In this document: in pieces, positions 7,299 to 17,030 of the stretch
How positions within the stretch are numbered: position 1 is the first letter of the stretch
How the letters are laid out: each line of letters opens with the position of its first letter
Assembly: GCA_020049045.1 (NCBI GenBank)
Contig: JAIFLN010000055.1
Span: forward strand, 25,941-89,940
From: Spirochaetota bacterium
GTDB taxonomy: Bacteria; Spirochaetota; Spirochaetia; JABEVK01
Direction: 5' to 3'
Length of the DNA stretch: 64,000 nucleotides
Notes under the pieces: generated by a model
What the model saw: the letters and a program-made list of their open reading frames with translations, nothing else
The model's database searches: none
What the model was told of the DNA's origin: nothing
Made by a program: the position numbers and the translations under genes

Positions 7299-10093
7299 GC
7301 GCCCACCTGTTCGGTTGCAGCTAGACGAACTGCGATTATCTTTGAAATCCCTGGAGCTTCCATGGTCACACCAATCATTGTCGACGCACTTGTCACTGTC
7401 TTTTTATTGTGGGTAATCACAACGAATTGGCTTCTAACCGCAAATTCAGTCAGCATGGCCACAAAACGTCCCACGTTGTTCTCATCAAGAGCCGCATCGA
7501 TTTCATCAAGAATACAAAACGGAGAAGGTTTTACCTGAAAGGTTGCGAAGAGCAGTGCTACGGCCGTCATCGACTTTTCACCCCCAGATAAGAGATTGAT
7601 ACTTTCCAGCTTCTTACCAGGAGGTTGGCAAAGCATCTCGATACCAGATTCGAGGACTTGTTCAGGATTTGTCAGACGCAATTCGGCCCTTCCACCACCA
7701 AATAGTCTCCGGAAAGTCAAGTTGAAGTTTTCTCGGATTTGGGAGAAAGTTTCAGCAAATAAGAGTGCGGATTCCCGCCGGATTTCCTTGGTTACCTGAT
7801 GAAGGTCTTCTCGGGCTTTCTTGAGATCTCCCAACTGCTGGTTAAGAAATCCATGCCTTTCATCAATTTCAGAAAACTCTTCGATGGCCATGAGGTTTAC
7901 CTGACCTAATGACCGCAACTCTTCTTTCTTTCTGCCCAGAGTCTCTCGAAGATCGCTTCTATCAACACCTGGCCTTCGAATTTCCGCCTCATACTCAGAG
8001 AGCTCGACCGAGTGCTTATCACGAAAAGCGTCATAAACCGCCTTGATTTCAGCACCGACTTCCGCTGCATGTACCTGAAGAATCTCACCTTCATTCTGCA
8101 GGGTTGTCAGTCGTTCCTGGCCTTCCCGCAGTTCTTTTTGGCGTCCCATCAGGGCTTGATTTCGAGAGCCAAGTTCAGCCTCCAAGGTTTTTCGTTGGTC
8201 TCGCAAGGTTTGCTCAAGCGAGGAATTTGCAAGAAGCTTGAGGCCCAAGAGTTCTACCTCTTTCGCTGCATGATTCAGTTTCTCGGCCAAGGTTTGGAGT
8301 TCTGTGGCATTGGTGAGGGCCAAAACTTCTTGTTCGGCCATATCCCGTAGAAGGCGCTCAAGAGCTTCATCGGCTGAAATACGCTGAGTTTGCATGCGGA
8401 CTTCGGCTAGCTTGAGATCTTCGAGGCTTTTTCGGTACCCTTCGATAGCTTCAGCGCCCCGCAGGTTCTCATCCAGAAGACGTCGAATTTCTTCCTTGAG
8501 TGACTTGGCTTCTTGCCTCGTAACGGCCAAGTGGTCTTCGAGAGCTCTACGCTGAGTAATGATGCCATCAGGAGAAAGAAATTCTTCAAGAAACCGAGGA
8601 ACCGCACGTCGATAGGTTTCCCATCCCGCTTCAAAGGTTGCCAGGTGTGTCAGGGCTTCGCCCAAAGACAAGGCCAGCTGCCGGTGAAACTCAGTCGGGT
8701 CTCCACCGGGGATCTTCTCGATTGAAAAAGCATTACTTAATAAATCCTGACGCCCCTGGAGCAAGACTCTCACTGCCCCTAGCGCTGCCTCCATTTCCCC
8801 GGTCAAATGCGGTAGTTTATGCCAGGCAAACCCTTCATCTTTAAGCCTTTGATCGAGTTCCTGCACAAGTCGATCGGTGACCTGCCTCAATTCATCCTGC
8901 AGACGCCCATCCACATTCTCAAGTTCTGAAAGCTTTTCTTCATTCCGGTGTCGGTTTTGATCGTTGATCACAATAGCAGTGCGTGCCGTTTCGATGGATA
9001 CATCAAACTCCCGAATATTTACCTGACAAGAACTAAGGGCTGAAACCAATGCATCCCGGTCCGCCAGACGGGATTTTTGTTCCATTTCCAAGACCGTCTT
9101 TTTTTCAGCAATGGATCGACCTTGGGCTTCACCACGGGCGACTTCCTCAGCCCCCTGCCTTTGACGTTCCTTTTGAAGACTTGTTTGATTTTCAAGACTG
9201 CTACGAGCTAACTCAACTTCATAGAGCTCTTTTTGGAGTGTCACCAACGAGGTCTCCATTTTCCCAACCTCACCGAGATCACTTTCAAGAGCGAGGGTCA
9301 AGACACCCAAATTCTGTCTGGACGTCTCGCGCTCTGCCAGTTTTTTCGTTACTTTTTCATGGAGCTTCTCACGTTCTGTAAAAAGGTTCCGAAGCTTATC
9401 AACGATCTGATCCTTTTCCAGGATAAAGATTTCCTGTCGTAAGGAACGGTAAGACTTTGTTTTCTCCGATTGCTTTTTCAGCACTTCCCAAGTCCGCCGA
9501 ACTTCACCCAGGATTCCTTCCAAAGCCCGGATATTCTCTTCCGTTTTTTCCAGACGGCGCTCTGCTTCCAGTCCCCGAGCTCGGAATTTGGTGATGCCTG
9601 CCGCCTCTTCAAAAAGGTACCGTCGTTCTTCTGGTTTTGTAGAAAGAATTTGATCAATGCGCCCTTGTTCCATGACCGAGTACGCTGATTTACCCACACC
9701 CGTATCGTAGAATAACTCCCGAACCTCTTTAAGGCGGACAACAGTGTTGTTGATGAAGTATTCGCTCTCTCCTGAACGGTACAACCGGCGCTTGATGGCG
9801 ATTTCGGGAAGATCGAGTGCTAAATGGTTGTCTTCATTACCCACGGTCAACGTGACTTCAGCCACGTTCAGAGCCTTACGCCCTTCTGTCCCATTGAAGA
9901 TGACATCTTCCATCTTATCTGCACGTAAGGACTTGCTGGCCTGTTCACCTAACACCCATTTGAGGGCATCGACCACATTGCTCTTACCGCATCCATTAGG
10001 GCCTAACAAGGCTGTGATACCAGGGGTGAATTCGATCCTGGCCCGGTCGGCAAAGGACTTAAAGCCGAAGATCTCCAGAGTTTTCAAAAACAA
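7295..10093 (-). CDS. smc: chromosome segregation protein SMC
   Basis: The N-terminus has a Walker A (FTPGITALLGPNGCGKSNVVDA). Long coiled-coil sequence follows. The C-terminus has LSGGEKSMTAVALLFA and FCILDEIDAALD. Confidence 0.95.
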   Translation of the reverse strand: MFLKTLEIFGFKSFADRARIEFTPGITALLGPNGCGKSNVVDALKWVLGEQASKSLRADKMEDVIFNGTEGRKALNVAEVTLTVGNEDNHLALDLPEIAIKRRLYRSGESEYFINNTVVRLKEVRELFYDTGVGKSAYSVMEQGRIDQILSTKPEERRYLFEEAAGITKFRARGLEAERRLEKTEENIRALEGILGEVRRTWEVLKKQSEKTKSYRSLRQEIFILEKDQIVDKLRNLFTEREKLHEKVTKKLAERETSRQNLGVLTLALESDLGEVGKMETSLVTLQKELYEVELARSSLENQTSLQKERQRQGAEEVARGEAQGRSIAEKKTVLEMEQKSRLADRDALVSALSSCQVNIREFDVSIETARTAIVINDQNRHRNEEKLSELENVDGRLQDELRQVTDRLVQELDQRLKDEGFAWHKLPHLTGEMEAALGAVRVLLQGRQDLLSNAFSIEKIPGGDPTEFHRQLALSLGEALTHLATFEAGWETYRRAVPRFLEEFLSPDGIITQRRALEDHLAVTRQEAKSLKEEIRRLLDENLRGAEAIEGYRKSLEDLKLAEVRMQTQRISADEALERLLRDMAEQEVLALTNATELQTLAEKLNHAAKEVELLGLKLLANSSLEQTLRDQRKTLEAELGSRNQALMGRQKELREGQERLTTLQNEGEILQVHAAEVGAEIKAVYDAFRDKHSVELSEYEAEIRRPGVDRSDLRETLGRKKEELRSLGQVNLMAIEEFSEIDERHGFLNQQLGDLKKAREDLHQVTKEIRRESALLFAETFSQIRENFNLTFRRLFGGGRAELRLTNPEQVLESGIEMLCQPPGKKLESINLLSGGEKSMTAVALLFATFQVKPSPFCILDEIDAALDENNVGRFVAMLTEFAVRSQFVVITHNKKTVTSASTMIGVTMEAPGISKIIAVRLAATEQVGA

Positions 10094-10173
10094 AGGCAGC
10101 TCCCATCGGATAGGTCTTGCTCAGGTGGCGCAGATCAGGGTAACTGTACCATCGGGAAGGAGAAAGAGCAACC

Positions 10174-10755
10174 ATGAGAAAGGGATTCACGTGCGGTCTG
10201 GACGAAGCTGGTCGGGGACCCTTGGCAGGACCGGTGACCGCTGGCTGTGTTGTACTTCCACCAGAGTTTCCCTGTGAATTTCTTGCTGACAGCAAAGTTC
10301 TGACTGCCCGTCAGCGAGATTTTGCCTTTCGTTTAATTCAGGAGCGTGCGTACTGGGGACTGGGTTGGTGCGATGCAACGGAAATCGACACACTCAATAT
10401 CCTTCAAGCCAGTCTCAAGGCCATGTCGCTGGCCTATGCAGATTTGAAAACGAGGTTCCCTTCCGTAGACATTGTTGCGGCCATTGCTGATGGACTATTT
10501 TGCCCCTCGATTCCAGTTCCCTGCACAGCAATGATCAAAGCCGATGCTTTGGAACCTTCAGTATCGGCAGCTTCCATCTTGGCAAAGGTTGCCAGGGACC
10601 GATTTATGACGGAGGCTGACAGTCTTGATCCGCGTTATGGTTTTGCCATTCATAAAGGGTATCCGACCCTAGCCCACCGAAGAGCCTTGGTGGAATATGG
10701 TCCCAGTCCCCTTCACAGGGCCTCGTTTACTTGGAAACGCCCGACCAATCCTTGA
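10174..10755 (+). CDS. rnhB: ribonuclease HII
   Basis: Motifs GLDEAGRGPLAGPV, ADSKVLTARQR and GYP are typical of RNase HII. Confidence 0.93.
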   Translation: MRKGFTCGLDEAGRGPLAGPVTAGCVVLPPEFPCEFLADSKVLTARQRDFAFRLIQERAYWGLGWCDATEIDTLNILQASLKAMSLAYADLKTRFPSVDIVAAIADGLFCPSIPVPCTAMIKADALEPSVSAASILAKVARDRFMTEADSLDPRYGFAIHKGYPTLAHRRALVEYGPSPLHRASFTWKRPTNP

Positions 10756-12055
10756 GAATGGTAGACGCTTGTGTCCGAACTCCCGGATCGGAATCCTTTA
10801 TGGCCATTGTCTTGAGGACACTTTCATACTCAGTGAATTTGCCTACCGCGAGAGCACGAAGAGCTCCGCTTCGAGAAGGAATGGAGTTCTTGTTGTCCAG
10901 CAGAATTCCAAAAAGAGCCCGATAAGTTTCCCGTTGGGGCAGAATGGCCCCAGCGATGACAGGTGACAACGTTGGTGATTTTTCTTTGAGTTCTTCTTCC
11001 AAGACTTTTTTCAAAGCCTCGAAGGTTCCCTTATACTTTTTGTCGAGAGACAAGTTCAGTGCCTCACGCCAGACGGTGAAATCCGTTTTTCGGTCACTAA
11101 GGAAACTGATTACTGTGGCAGGGCCGTCGTCATAGACCGCCAAGGTCTGAAGCGCCGCAATTCGCACCTTAGGCTCAGGGTCTTTCTTGACGCGGTAATT
11201 CAACATTTCTTTGAGCTCGAGTGGTTTCGAAGCCTTCGCAGCCTGAGCAGCCGCCTGGCGAACTGAACCTTGTGCATCTCGAAGAGCAGCCGTTAACAGC
11301 ATCACCTGATTCCCTTTTCCCGGGTAAGCGCTTAGGGTTGCAACTGCTGAAGACCTGAGATCGGTGTTGGTGTTTGCCAGAGCCTCTTCAACCAGAGGCC
11401 AGGCGCGTGTATCCCCGATTTTTCCCAAAGCCTCGAGAATCGAACGCCGCAAGAGCGGCTGAGATTCATTTTCTTCGTATTCCTTGAGAAGGAGTTCGAC
11501 AGCTGCACCTGCCTTCATTTCACCAAAGGCCCAGATCAGATCCGGCTTGTAGTTGGGGTCTGTCTCTGCGTCCCTATATAGCTTCAGCAAGTCCTCAATA
11601 TGTTCTTTAGCGCCAAGTTTGCCCAAGGATCGTATGCTGGCCAAGGCGAGGATTTTGTTTTTTCCTGAGGTCAGGGTCACCAAGGTTTCTCGGACTTTCT
11701 GGCTTTCAATCTCGGTGAGATACGAGACCGCGTTTAAGAGAACACTATTCCCTTTTTTTTCTGGGTCGGCGATTTCTTTGATCGCCCGATCCTCCAGACC
11801 TTTGTCTTTTTGGTCGAGAAAGAACAGAAGCAAGGCTTCTTTGAGGTCGTCGTTTCTCGCGTGATCGTAGGCATCGATCAGGAGATCCCGGAATTCCAGG
11901 TTTTTTTCCTGACGAAGCGATCTGACCAGATCGAGAACTTCGGTCTCAATTCCATACTGTAACACCGCAGTCCTATCTGTCTTGGATGTGACCTGACCTT
12001 CTAGGAAACCGCCCCAAAGAACAGCGACCGAAAGAATGAAAAATGGCAGTTTCAC
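10727..12055 (-). CDS. secreted HEAT-repeat protein
   Basis: I trimmed the 569-aa track ORF to the GTG at 12053-12055 (VKLPFFILSVAVLWGG, a signal-like N-terminus). The upstream part overlaps murJ. Repeated helical units resemble HEAT/PBS-lyase repeats (RRSILEALGKIGD, VRQAAAQAAKA, VRIAALQTLAV). Confidence 0.7.
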   Translation of the reverse strand: MKLPFFILSVAVLWGGFLEGQVTSKTDRTAVLQYGIETEVLDLVRSLRQEKNLEFRDLLIDAYDHARNDDLKEALLLFFLDQKDKGLEDRAIKEIADPEKKGNSVLLNAVSYLTEIESQKVRETLVTLTSGKNKILALASIRSLGKLGAKEHIEDLLKLYRDAETDPNYKPDLIWAFGEMKAGAAVELLLKEYEENESQPLLRRSILEALGKIGDTRAWPLVEEALANTNTDLRSSAVATLSAYPGKGNQVMLLTAALRDAQGSVRQAAAQAAKASKPLELKEMLNYRVKKDPEPKVRIAALQTLAVYDDGPATVISFLSDRKTDFTVWREALNLSLDKKYKGTFEALKKVLEEELKEKSPTLSPVIAGAILPQRETYRALFGILLDNKNSIPSRSGALRALAVGKFTEYESVLKTMAIKDSDPGVRTQASTILKDWSGVSK

Positions 12056-13584
12056 AGTTGCCCTCCTTCCTTTTTCCAGAGTTTCCACGGACGAATGCCC
12101 AGTAACAAAAGTCCAACACCATAGAGCACCAAACTGACCAAACCTTCCAAAATCAAGAAAGCAAATGAAGTCCAGGTCATACCATCTTTCCACCAGATAC
12201 CGGTCCAAGGTAGAGCAGCATCCCAAGCGATGACCACTGGAACCAACGCTAGTGCAACCCGAAAAACAAACCAACCAAGGATTCCAAGACGTCGCCAAGG
12301 AAGGTTCTGCCAGGCGAGAACCAGGAGAACCAGGGCGCCAACAGCAAAACCGGCGACACTTCCCACCGCTAGGCCGACGACCCCTAAGCTTGTATTCATC
12401 AAGATGACAGATACGGTTACATCGGTGAGAGCCCAAACGATGCTGACACGGAAAGGGGTTTTGTAATCCCCTTTGGCATAGAAAAACCGCTGGAGAAAAT
12501 TAAAAACACCCGAAAGGAACAGTCCTGAAGAAAGCCAGAACAACACACGTGCTGCCAGGACGGTGTTCTCAAAGGTAAACTGCCCCCTCTGAAAGGCCAG
12601 ACCAATGATCGGTTCTGCAAAAAGTGCCATAAGCACTCCGGCTGGAATAAGGAGGAGAGCCTGAAGCTCCAGACCTTGTACCATGGTGCCCGAAGTAGCT
12701 TGCCAGTCCCTGCGGGCTGCCTGACGGCTCATTCGGGGAAAAAAGACGGTGACGACGGAAGCAGAGAGAACTCCAGCCGGAAGTTGCCAGAAAACGATGG
12801 CGTTACTGAGGGCTGAAGCACTTCCCTCGGGTAAGGTAGCCGCCAAGGTCATCGATATCTGCTGATTCAGAAGAGCGATTCCACTGACAGTCAGGGCTGG
12901 CCCCCACTTTTTCACCATTGCTTTGAGGTCCGGAGTGATAAATCGCAGTCTCGGAACCATCGAATACCCAAGCTTCCGGATTCCATACCATTGAAGAAGG
13001 ATGGGAAGAATCCCACCAATCAGAACGCCAGGGATTTGGGCATAAACCCCCATTGTTGGGGCCAGCAACAGCAGGGAAACAATGACAGCAATTGAGAATA
13101 AAATGGGACTGATGGCTGGAATCAAGAACCGTTGATGGGTATTTTCAACACCCATCAGCACAGCACTCCAGCTGATGAGAAAAAGATAGAGAATAAACCA
13201 ACGAAACAAATCGACAGCTAAATTTTGCTTTTCTGCTGTATCAAAAGGCGCGAGGAGCGCCATGATGGCTGGGGCAAAGACGACAGCTAAAACGATCAGC
13301 GGCACCAAAATGAGAATTTGAAACGAGAGCATGGACCGGACCAATTCACGACTTCTAAGTCCGGTGGCATCCTCCTCCATGGTTCGGGACAGGACTGGGA
13401 TGAAGGCCGTGGACATGGCTCCTTCGGCAACAAGTTTTCGAAGGTTGAACGGAATATTGAAGACGACATTCAAGACATCGGCTTTCCAGGTTTGTCCGAA
13501 CAGCGCGCCAACTACGGCATTTCGGGCAAACCCCATCAACCGGGAAGCAAAGGTTGCGACTCCGACGATAGCGGTATCAGCCAC
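12052..13584 (-). CDS. murJ: lipid II flippase MurJ (MviN family)
   Basis: This is a 510-aa polytopic membrane protein. The N-terminus FASRLMGFARNAVVGALFG...AFIPV is typical of MurJ. Confidence 0.9.
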   Translation of the reverse strand: MADTAIVGVATFASRLMGFARNAVVGALFGQTWKADVLNVVFNIPFNLRKLVAEGAMSTAFIPVLSRTMEEDATGLRSRELVRSMLSFQILILVPLIVLAVVFAPAIMALLAPFDTAEKQNLAVDLFRWFILYLFLISWSAVLMGVENTHQRFLIPAISPILFSIAVIVSLLLLAPTMGVYAQIPGVLIGGILPILLQWYGIRKLGYSMVPRLRFITPDLKAMVKKWGPALTVSGIALLNQQISMTLAATLPEGSASALSNAIVFWQLPAGVLSASVVTVFFPRMSRQAARRDWQATSGTMVQGLELQALLLIPAGVLMALFAEPIIGLAFQRGQFTFENTVLAARVLFWLSSGLFLSGVFNFLQRFFYAKGDYKTPFRVSIVWALTDVTVSVILMNTSLGVVGLAVGSVAGFAVGALVLLVLAWQNLPWRRLGILGWFVFRVALALVPVVIAWDAALPWTGIWWKDGMTWTSFAFLILEGLVSLVLYGVGLLLLGIRPWKLWKKEGGQL

Positions 13585-14701
13585 GAGATTTTCCCCCGAA
13601 TCGACTTAGAAATGCATCCTTGAAAGAAGAAAACCGGTCTTCCCTAATGGCGGCACGAATGTCATTTAGAAAATCATGGAGAAACTGCAAATTGTGCTCG
13701 GTAGCCAGCATTGGTCCCAAAATTTCATTGCACTTGAACATTTGCCTGAGGTAAGCCCTTGAATAGGTTGTACAGGCATGACAACGGCAACCTTCCATAA
13801 TAGGGGCAAAATCCATTTCAAACCGGGCCTTTTTCAAGTCAATCAGACCCTCAGGGGTAAAAACAGAACCGTTGCGTGCAATTCGTGTCGGATACACGCA
13901 GTCAAACAGATCAATTCCGTTCTCAACGGCCGTAAGGATGTAGTCAGGGGTGCCGATACCCATCACATAGCGAGGTTTTGCTTGGGGAAGCATGGGGGCG
14001 AGGATACCTAGCATTTCCTGGTAAACGGGAAAGGTTTCTCCTACCGAAAGACCGCCGATCGCAACTCCTGGGGTGTCCAAGTCAAGAACCTGTTCAGCGC
14101 TCTGGCGCCGCAGGTCGGCAAAAAACTGGCCCTGGATGATTCCAAACAACCTTCCATCGTATGTTTCTGAACGTGCTTGCCAACGGTCAACTGTCCGTTT
14201 CAGCCAAGCCGTGGTAGTGGACAAGGCCTTTTCAGCGTCTTTTCTGGTCGACTCTGGTCCGGTACAAACATCAAGAGGCATCAGAATGTCACTTCCAAAG
14301 CCTTCCTGAAGTTCAACAACTTTTTCTGGAGTTAAGAGGTGGTAACTACCATCAATATGACTTCGAAATTTCACACCTTCAGGGAGAATTTTTCGAAAAG
14401 GAGCCAGAGAAAAAACTTGATAGCCACCAGAATCCGTCAGAATATTGTGCTTCCAACCACTAAATTGGTGGAGACCTCCGGCAGCTTTGATAACCTCTAT
14501 CCCAGGACGGAGGTAGAGGTGGTAGGTATTTGCTAGGATCAACCGTGTTCCCATCGCCTCGACGGTGGTATGATGGACAGCCTTGACGCTGGCATTGGTT
14601 CCTACAGGCATGAACGATGGTAAAGGCACATCGCCGTGGGGAAGGCTCAGTACCCCCGTCCTAGCGCGTGTTGAACTGTCTTGGTGTTCGATGCAAAGCA
14701 T
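13577..14701 (-). CDS. tgt: queuine tRNA-ribosyltransferase
   Basis: Supporting motifs are FMPVGTNASVKA, TDSGGYQV, GIGTPDYIL, DCVYPTRIARNG and CRCHACTTYSRAYL. I trimmed the start to the ATG at 14701 (MLCIEHQ). Confidence 0.93.
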   Translation of the reverse strand: MLCIEHQDSSTRARTGVLSLPHGDVPLPSFMPVGTNASVKAVHHTTVEAMGTRLILANTYHLYLRPGIEVIKAAGGLHQFSGWKHNILTDSGGYQVFSLAPFRKILPEGVKFRSHIDGSYHLLTPEKVVELQEGFGSDILMPLDVCTGPESTRKDAEKALSTTTAWLKRTVDRWQARSETYDGRLFGIIQGQFFADLRRQSAEQVLDLDTPGVAIGGLSVGETFPVYQEMLGILAPMLPQAKPRYVMGIGTPDYILTAVENGIDLFDCVYPTRIARNGSVFTPEGLIDLKKARFEMDFAPIMEGCRCHACTTYSRAYLRQMFKCNEILGPMLATEHNLQFLHDFLNDIRAAIREDRFSSFKDAFLSRFGGKSRG

Positions 14702-14718
14702 CCTTCCTCCTGAAAGAC

Positions 14719-15789
14719 CTAGGTTCTGGCACGAGTGAACAAGAAAAATCCCACCACCGCTCCTACCAAAACACCGATTCCAGCACCAACCCAAGGAGGC
14801 AGAGCACCAGTTTTGGAGAGCAAACCAAACACCATTTGGAGAATAACGTAAGAAGCCGAAACGAGAAGACTGATGAGCACACTCATCAACAAGATGTTCT
14901 TTCGAAAACGTCCCCCGATGGCTGCGGAAATCCAGATTACCACAAAGGGTGAGAAAGAAAAAGAAATCCGTTGGAGTGCATCGGTCTCAGCTTCGGCACT
15001 GGGCAAACCCCCACGCTTGAGCGTCTCTACATAGTCCAAGGCTTGTTGAAAGGTCAATTCATTCATCTCAACGTTCTTCCGTTGGAATGAACTGGGAGGA
15101 TCGGCAATAGAAGGATCAGACCATTGATCATCGAATCGATACGACATAGGTTTTCCTGCCATCGGTTCATAGGTTTTGACTTTATGAAAAACCCATCGGT
15201 CCTTTGTCCATTCCGCCCATTCGGCATCCAACCGACGTATCAGGATATCATCCTTCTTCCAAACAAGGATAATGCCTGTCAGTGTCTTGCTTTGATCGTT
15301 GTAAAAAGATGCGGAGTACAAGAGCCGGCCAGCATCAGCAAGAAGGGCCACATTTGTGTTGTTCTTGTTGGAGAAGCCTTGAAGAGAACGGTTGAGCTCC
15401 TGCCGCTGTGTCTCTGCGGCAATAACACCTCTGTCGTTCCAGAAAAACAAAAAACCGCTGGCCAGCAATCCAATAAGAAAGAGCGGCAAGGTAAACCGCC
15501 TGAGGCTGATTCCTGATCCGAAAACGACAACCAGTTCATTATGGGCGTAAAGAGTTCCCAAGACAAAAGAAACAGAAAATAGGAGCGAAGGAGACAGGGA
15601 CCAGGAAAGTGCCTGAGGAAGATACAGGTAGGACAAGGTGAGGATTTCACCCAATCCGATTCCCATAGGTACCAATTTCGAAAGATTGATAAGAAGGTCC
15701 GACAAAACAATACTGAATTGGAAAAAAATCAGGGCCAGGAGAAAAAGAAAGAGAAACTGGGAGAGGAGATACCGAGTGAGCCGGCTCAT
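14719..15789 (-). CDS. LptF/LptG-family LPS export permease
   Basis: This is a 356-aa YjgP/YjgQ-like protein with N-terminal TM helices, a periplasmic beta-jellyroll-sized insert and C-terminal TM helices. It is paired with a paralog upstream. Which of the two is LptF and which is LptG cannot be told. Confidence 0.8.
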   Translation of the reverse strand: MSRLTRYLLSQFLFLFLLALIFFQFSIVLSDLLINLSKLVPMGIGLGEILTLSYLYLPQALSWSLSPSLLFSVSFVLGTLYAHNELVVVFGSGISLRRFTLPLFLIGLLASGFLFFWNDRGVIAAETQRQELNRSLQGFSNKNNTNVALLADAGRLLYSASFYNDQSKTLTGIILVWKKDDILIRRLDAEWAEWTKDRWVFHKVKTYEPMAGKPMSYRFDDQWSDPSIADPPSSFQRKNVEMNELTFQQALDYVETLKRGGLPSAEAETDALQRISFSFSPFVVIWISAAIGGRFRKNILLMSVLISLLVSASYVILQMVFGLLSKTGALPPWVGAGIGVLVGAVVGFFLFTRART

Positions 15790-17030
15790 CGCCTGAGCCT
15801 CAGAAGAAGAGGCACCGAGAAGCCAAGAATCAGAAGATTCGGAAGAAAAAGTGCAAGTTCAGGAGACCATGACCATTCCAAAGCGAGAGTTCTGGCCAAG
15901 AGAAGTGTTGCCCAGTACAACACTGCGGTCAGAAGTCCCAGACCTATGATTCCTGTCAGTCCCCAGCGTTGCAGAAGAACCGCCAGAGGATAGGCCAGAA
16001 AAACAAAACAGAGACAGGCAAGAGGGATTGAGAATTTCTGGTAGTATTCGGTTTTCCAGCTGGCCAAGACGCGATCAGAAAGGTCCCGTGTCTTCAGATC
16101 GACCAAACGAACCAAAGTGTCCTGGGCTTTTATTCTTGATTCGGGCTCCTCCACCCCCCGCGTCCACCAGAGAGTCTTGAGGCGGCCTTCCTCGAGGGCA
16201 ATGGCTGACTTCAGCTCCTTTTGAGCACGATCCAACTCGGACTGTTTGACAGCGATTTGTTTGGCCAGATCATAAGAACGCATTTCCTTGGGCCCCACCG
16301 ACGGTGCCGAAGGGATCAGGTCCCTTAGAACAATGTTGTAATCCAGTCTTGCCGCAGTGTAGTACTCAAATGTACCGGGTCTTCGGGCGTCGGGAACAAT
16401 GCCCACCACATCGTCAAAGCGAAGGGTCAGCACGCCTGGTAAGGTTGGATGATCCATCAACCGAGCTGTTTTGGCAGTAATCAACTGCTGGTCATCAGTG
16501 CTGGTTTTATCGAGCAAACTGATACCGTGAACAACCTTGCCTTCGACTTTTCCCGTTACAATGAAGAAGTTTTTATAAAACTTTACGGCATAGGAGCCCA
16601 ATTCCAATTCGGGAGTTGAGAGAATCAACTGCCGATATACCTTGTTGAAGGTCACCGCTCCCTGGGGAAGAAGGACGTCGTTCGCCAAATAGGAACCCAA
16701 GGTGAAAAGCAAGCCGAGAAGGAGCACAGGAGCGAAGATTTTGCGATGCGGGATTCCTGAAGCTTGGGCCGCGAGTATTTCTTTGTCCCCAGCAAGCCGC
16801 CCAACCGCCAAGAGAATCCCCAACAACGAAGCAAAGGGGGCTGTCAACGCCAAGATGGAAGGAAGGGACGCAACGATCAAAATAGCCACTTGATCGAAAG
16901 GGGCTTTCCTTTTGAGGATTTCTTCAGCGAGAAGCAGAATCTGATTGAGAAAAAAGAGGAAGAAAAAAAGCAGGAAGCTGACCACAAAGGCCAAAGAAAT
17001 CTCCCTAGCGATGTATCTCTGGATTCTCAT
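15786..17030 (-). CDS. LptF/LptG-family LPS export permease
   Basis: I trimmed the start to the ATG at 17028-17030 (MRIQRYIAREISLAFVVSFLLFF), a typical YjgP/YjgQ N-terminus. It overlaps the next gene as ATGA. Confidence 0.8.
   Translation of the reverse strand: MRIQRYIAREISLAFVVSFLLFFFLFFLNQILLLAEEILKRKAPFDQVAILIVASLPSILALTAPFASLLGILLAVGRLAGDKEILAAQASGIPHRKIFAPVLLLGLLFTLGSYLANDVLLPQGAVTFNKVYRQLILSTPELELGSYAVKFYKNFFIVTGKVEGKVVHGISLLDKTSTDDQQLITAKTARLMDHPTLPGVLTLRFDDVVGIVPDARRPGTFEYYTAARLDYNIVLRDLIPSAPSVGPKEMRSYDLAKQIAVKQSELDRAQKELKSAIALEEGRLKTLWWTRGVEEPESRIKAQDTLVRLVDLKTRDLSDRVLASWKTEYYQKFSIPLACLCFVFLAYPLAVLLQRWGLTGIIGLGLLTAVLYWATLLLARTLALEWSWSPELALFLPNLLILGFSVPLLLRLRR

Noticed and set aside
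12056-12436. N-terminal extensions in the ORF track. The HEAT protein to 12436 is shown here. The same issue affects tgt to 14794, lptF to 17336, rpsO to 22309, rimP to 29149, skp to 33592, tamB to 40440, exbD to 41567, exbB to 42087, cobU from 51464, the CbiR-like gene from 52746, adhE from 56752 and the permease to 62798.
   Set aside because: The extensions overlap the conserved 3' ends of upstream genes and lack family-typical sequence. Internal start codons give canonical N-termini, often with an RBS or a 4-nt overlap.
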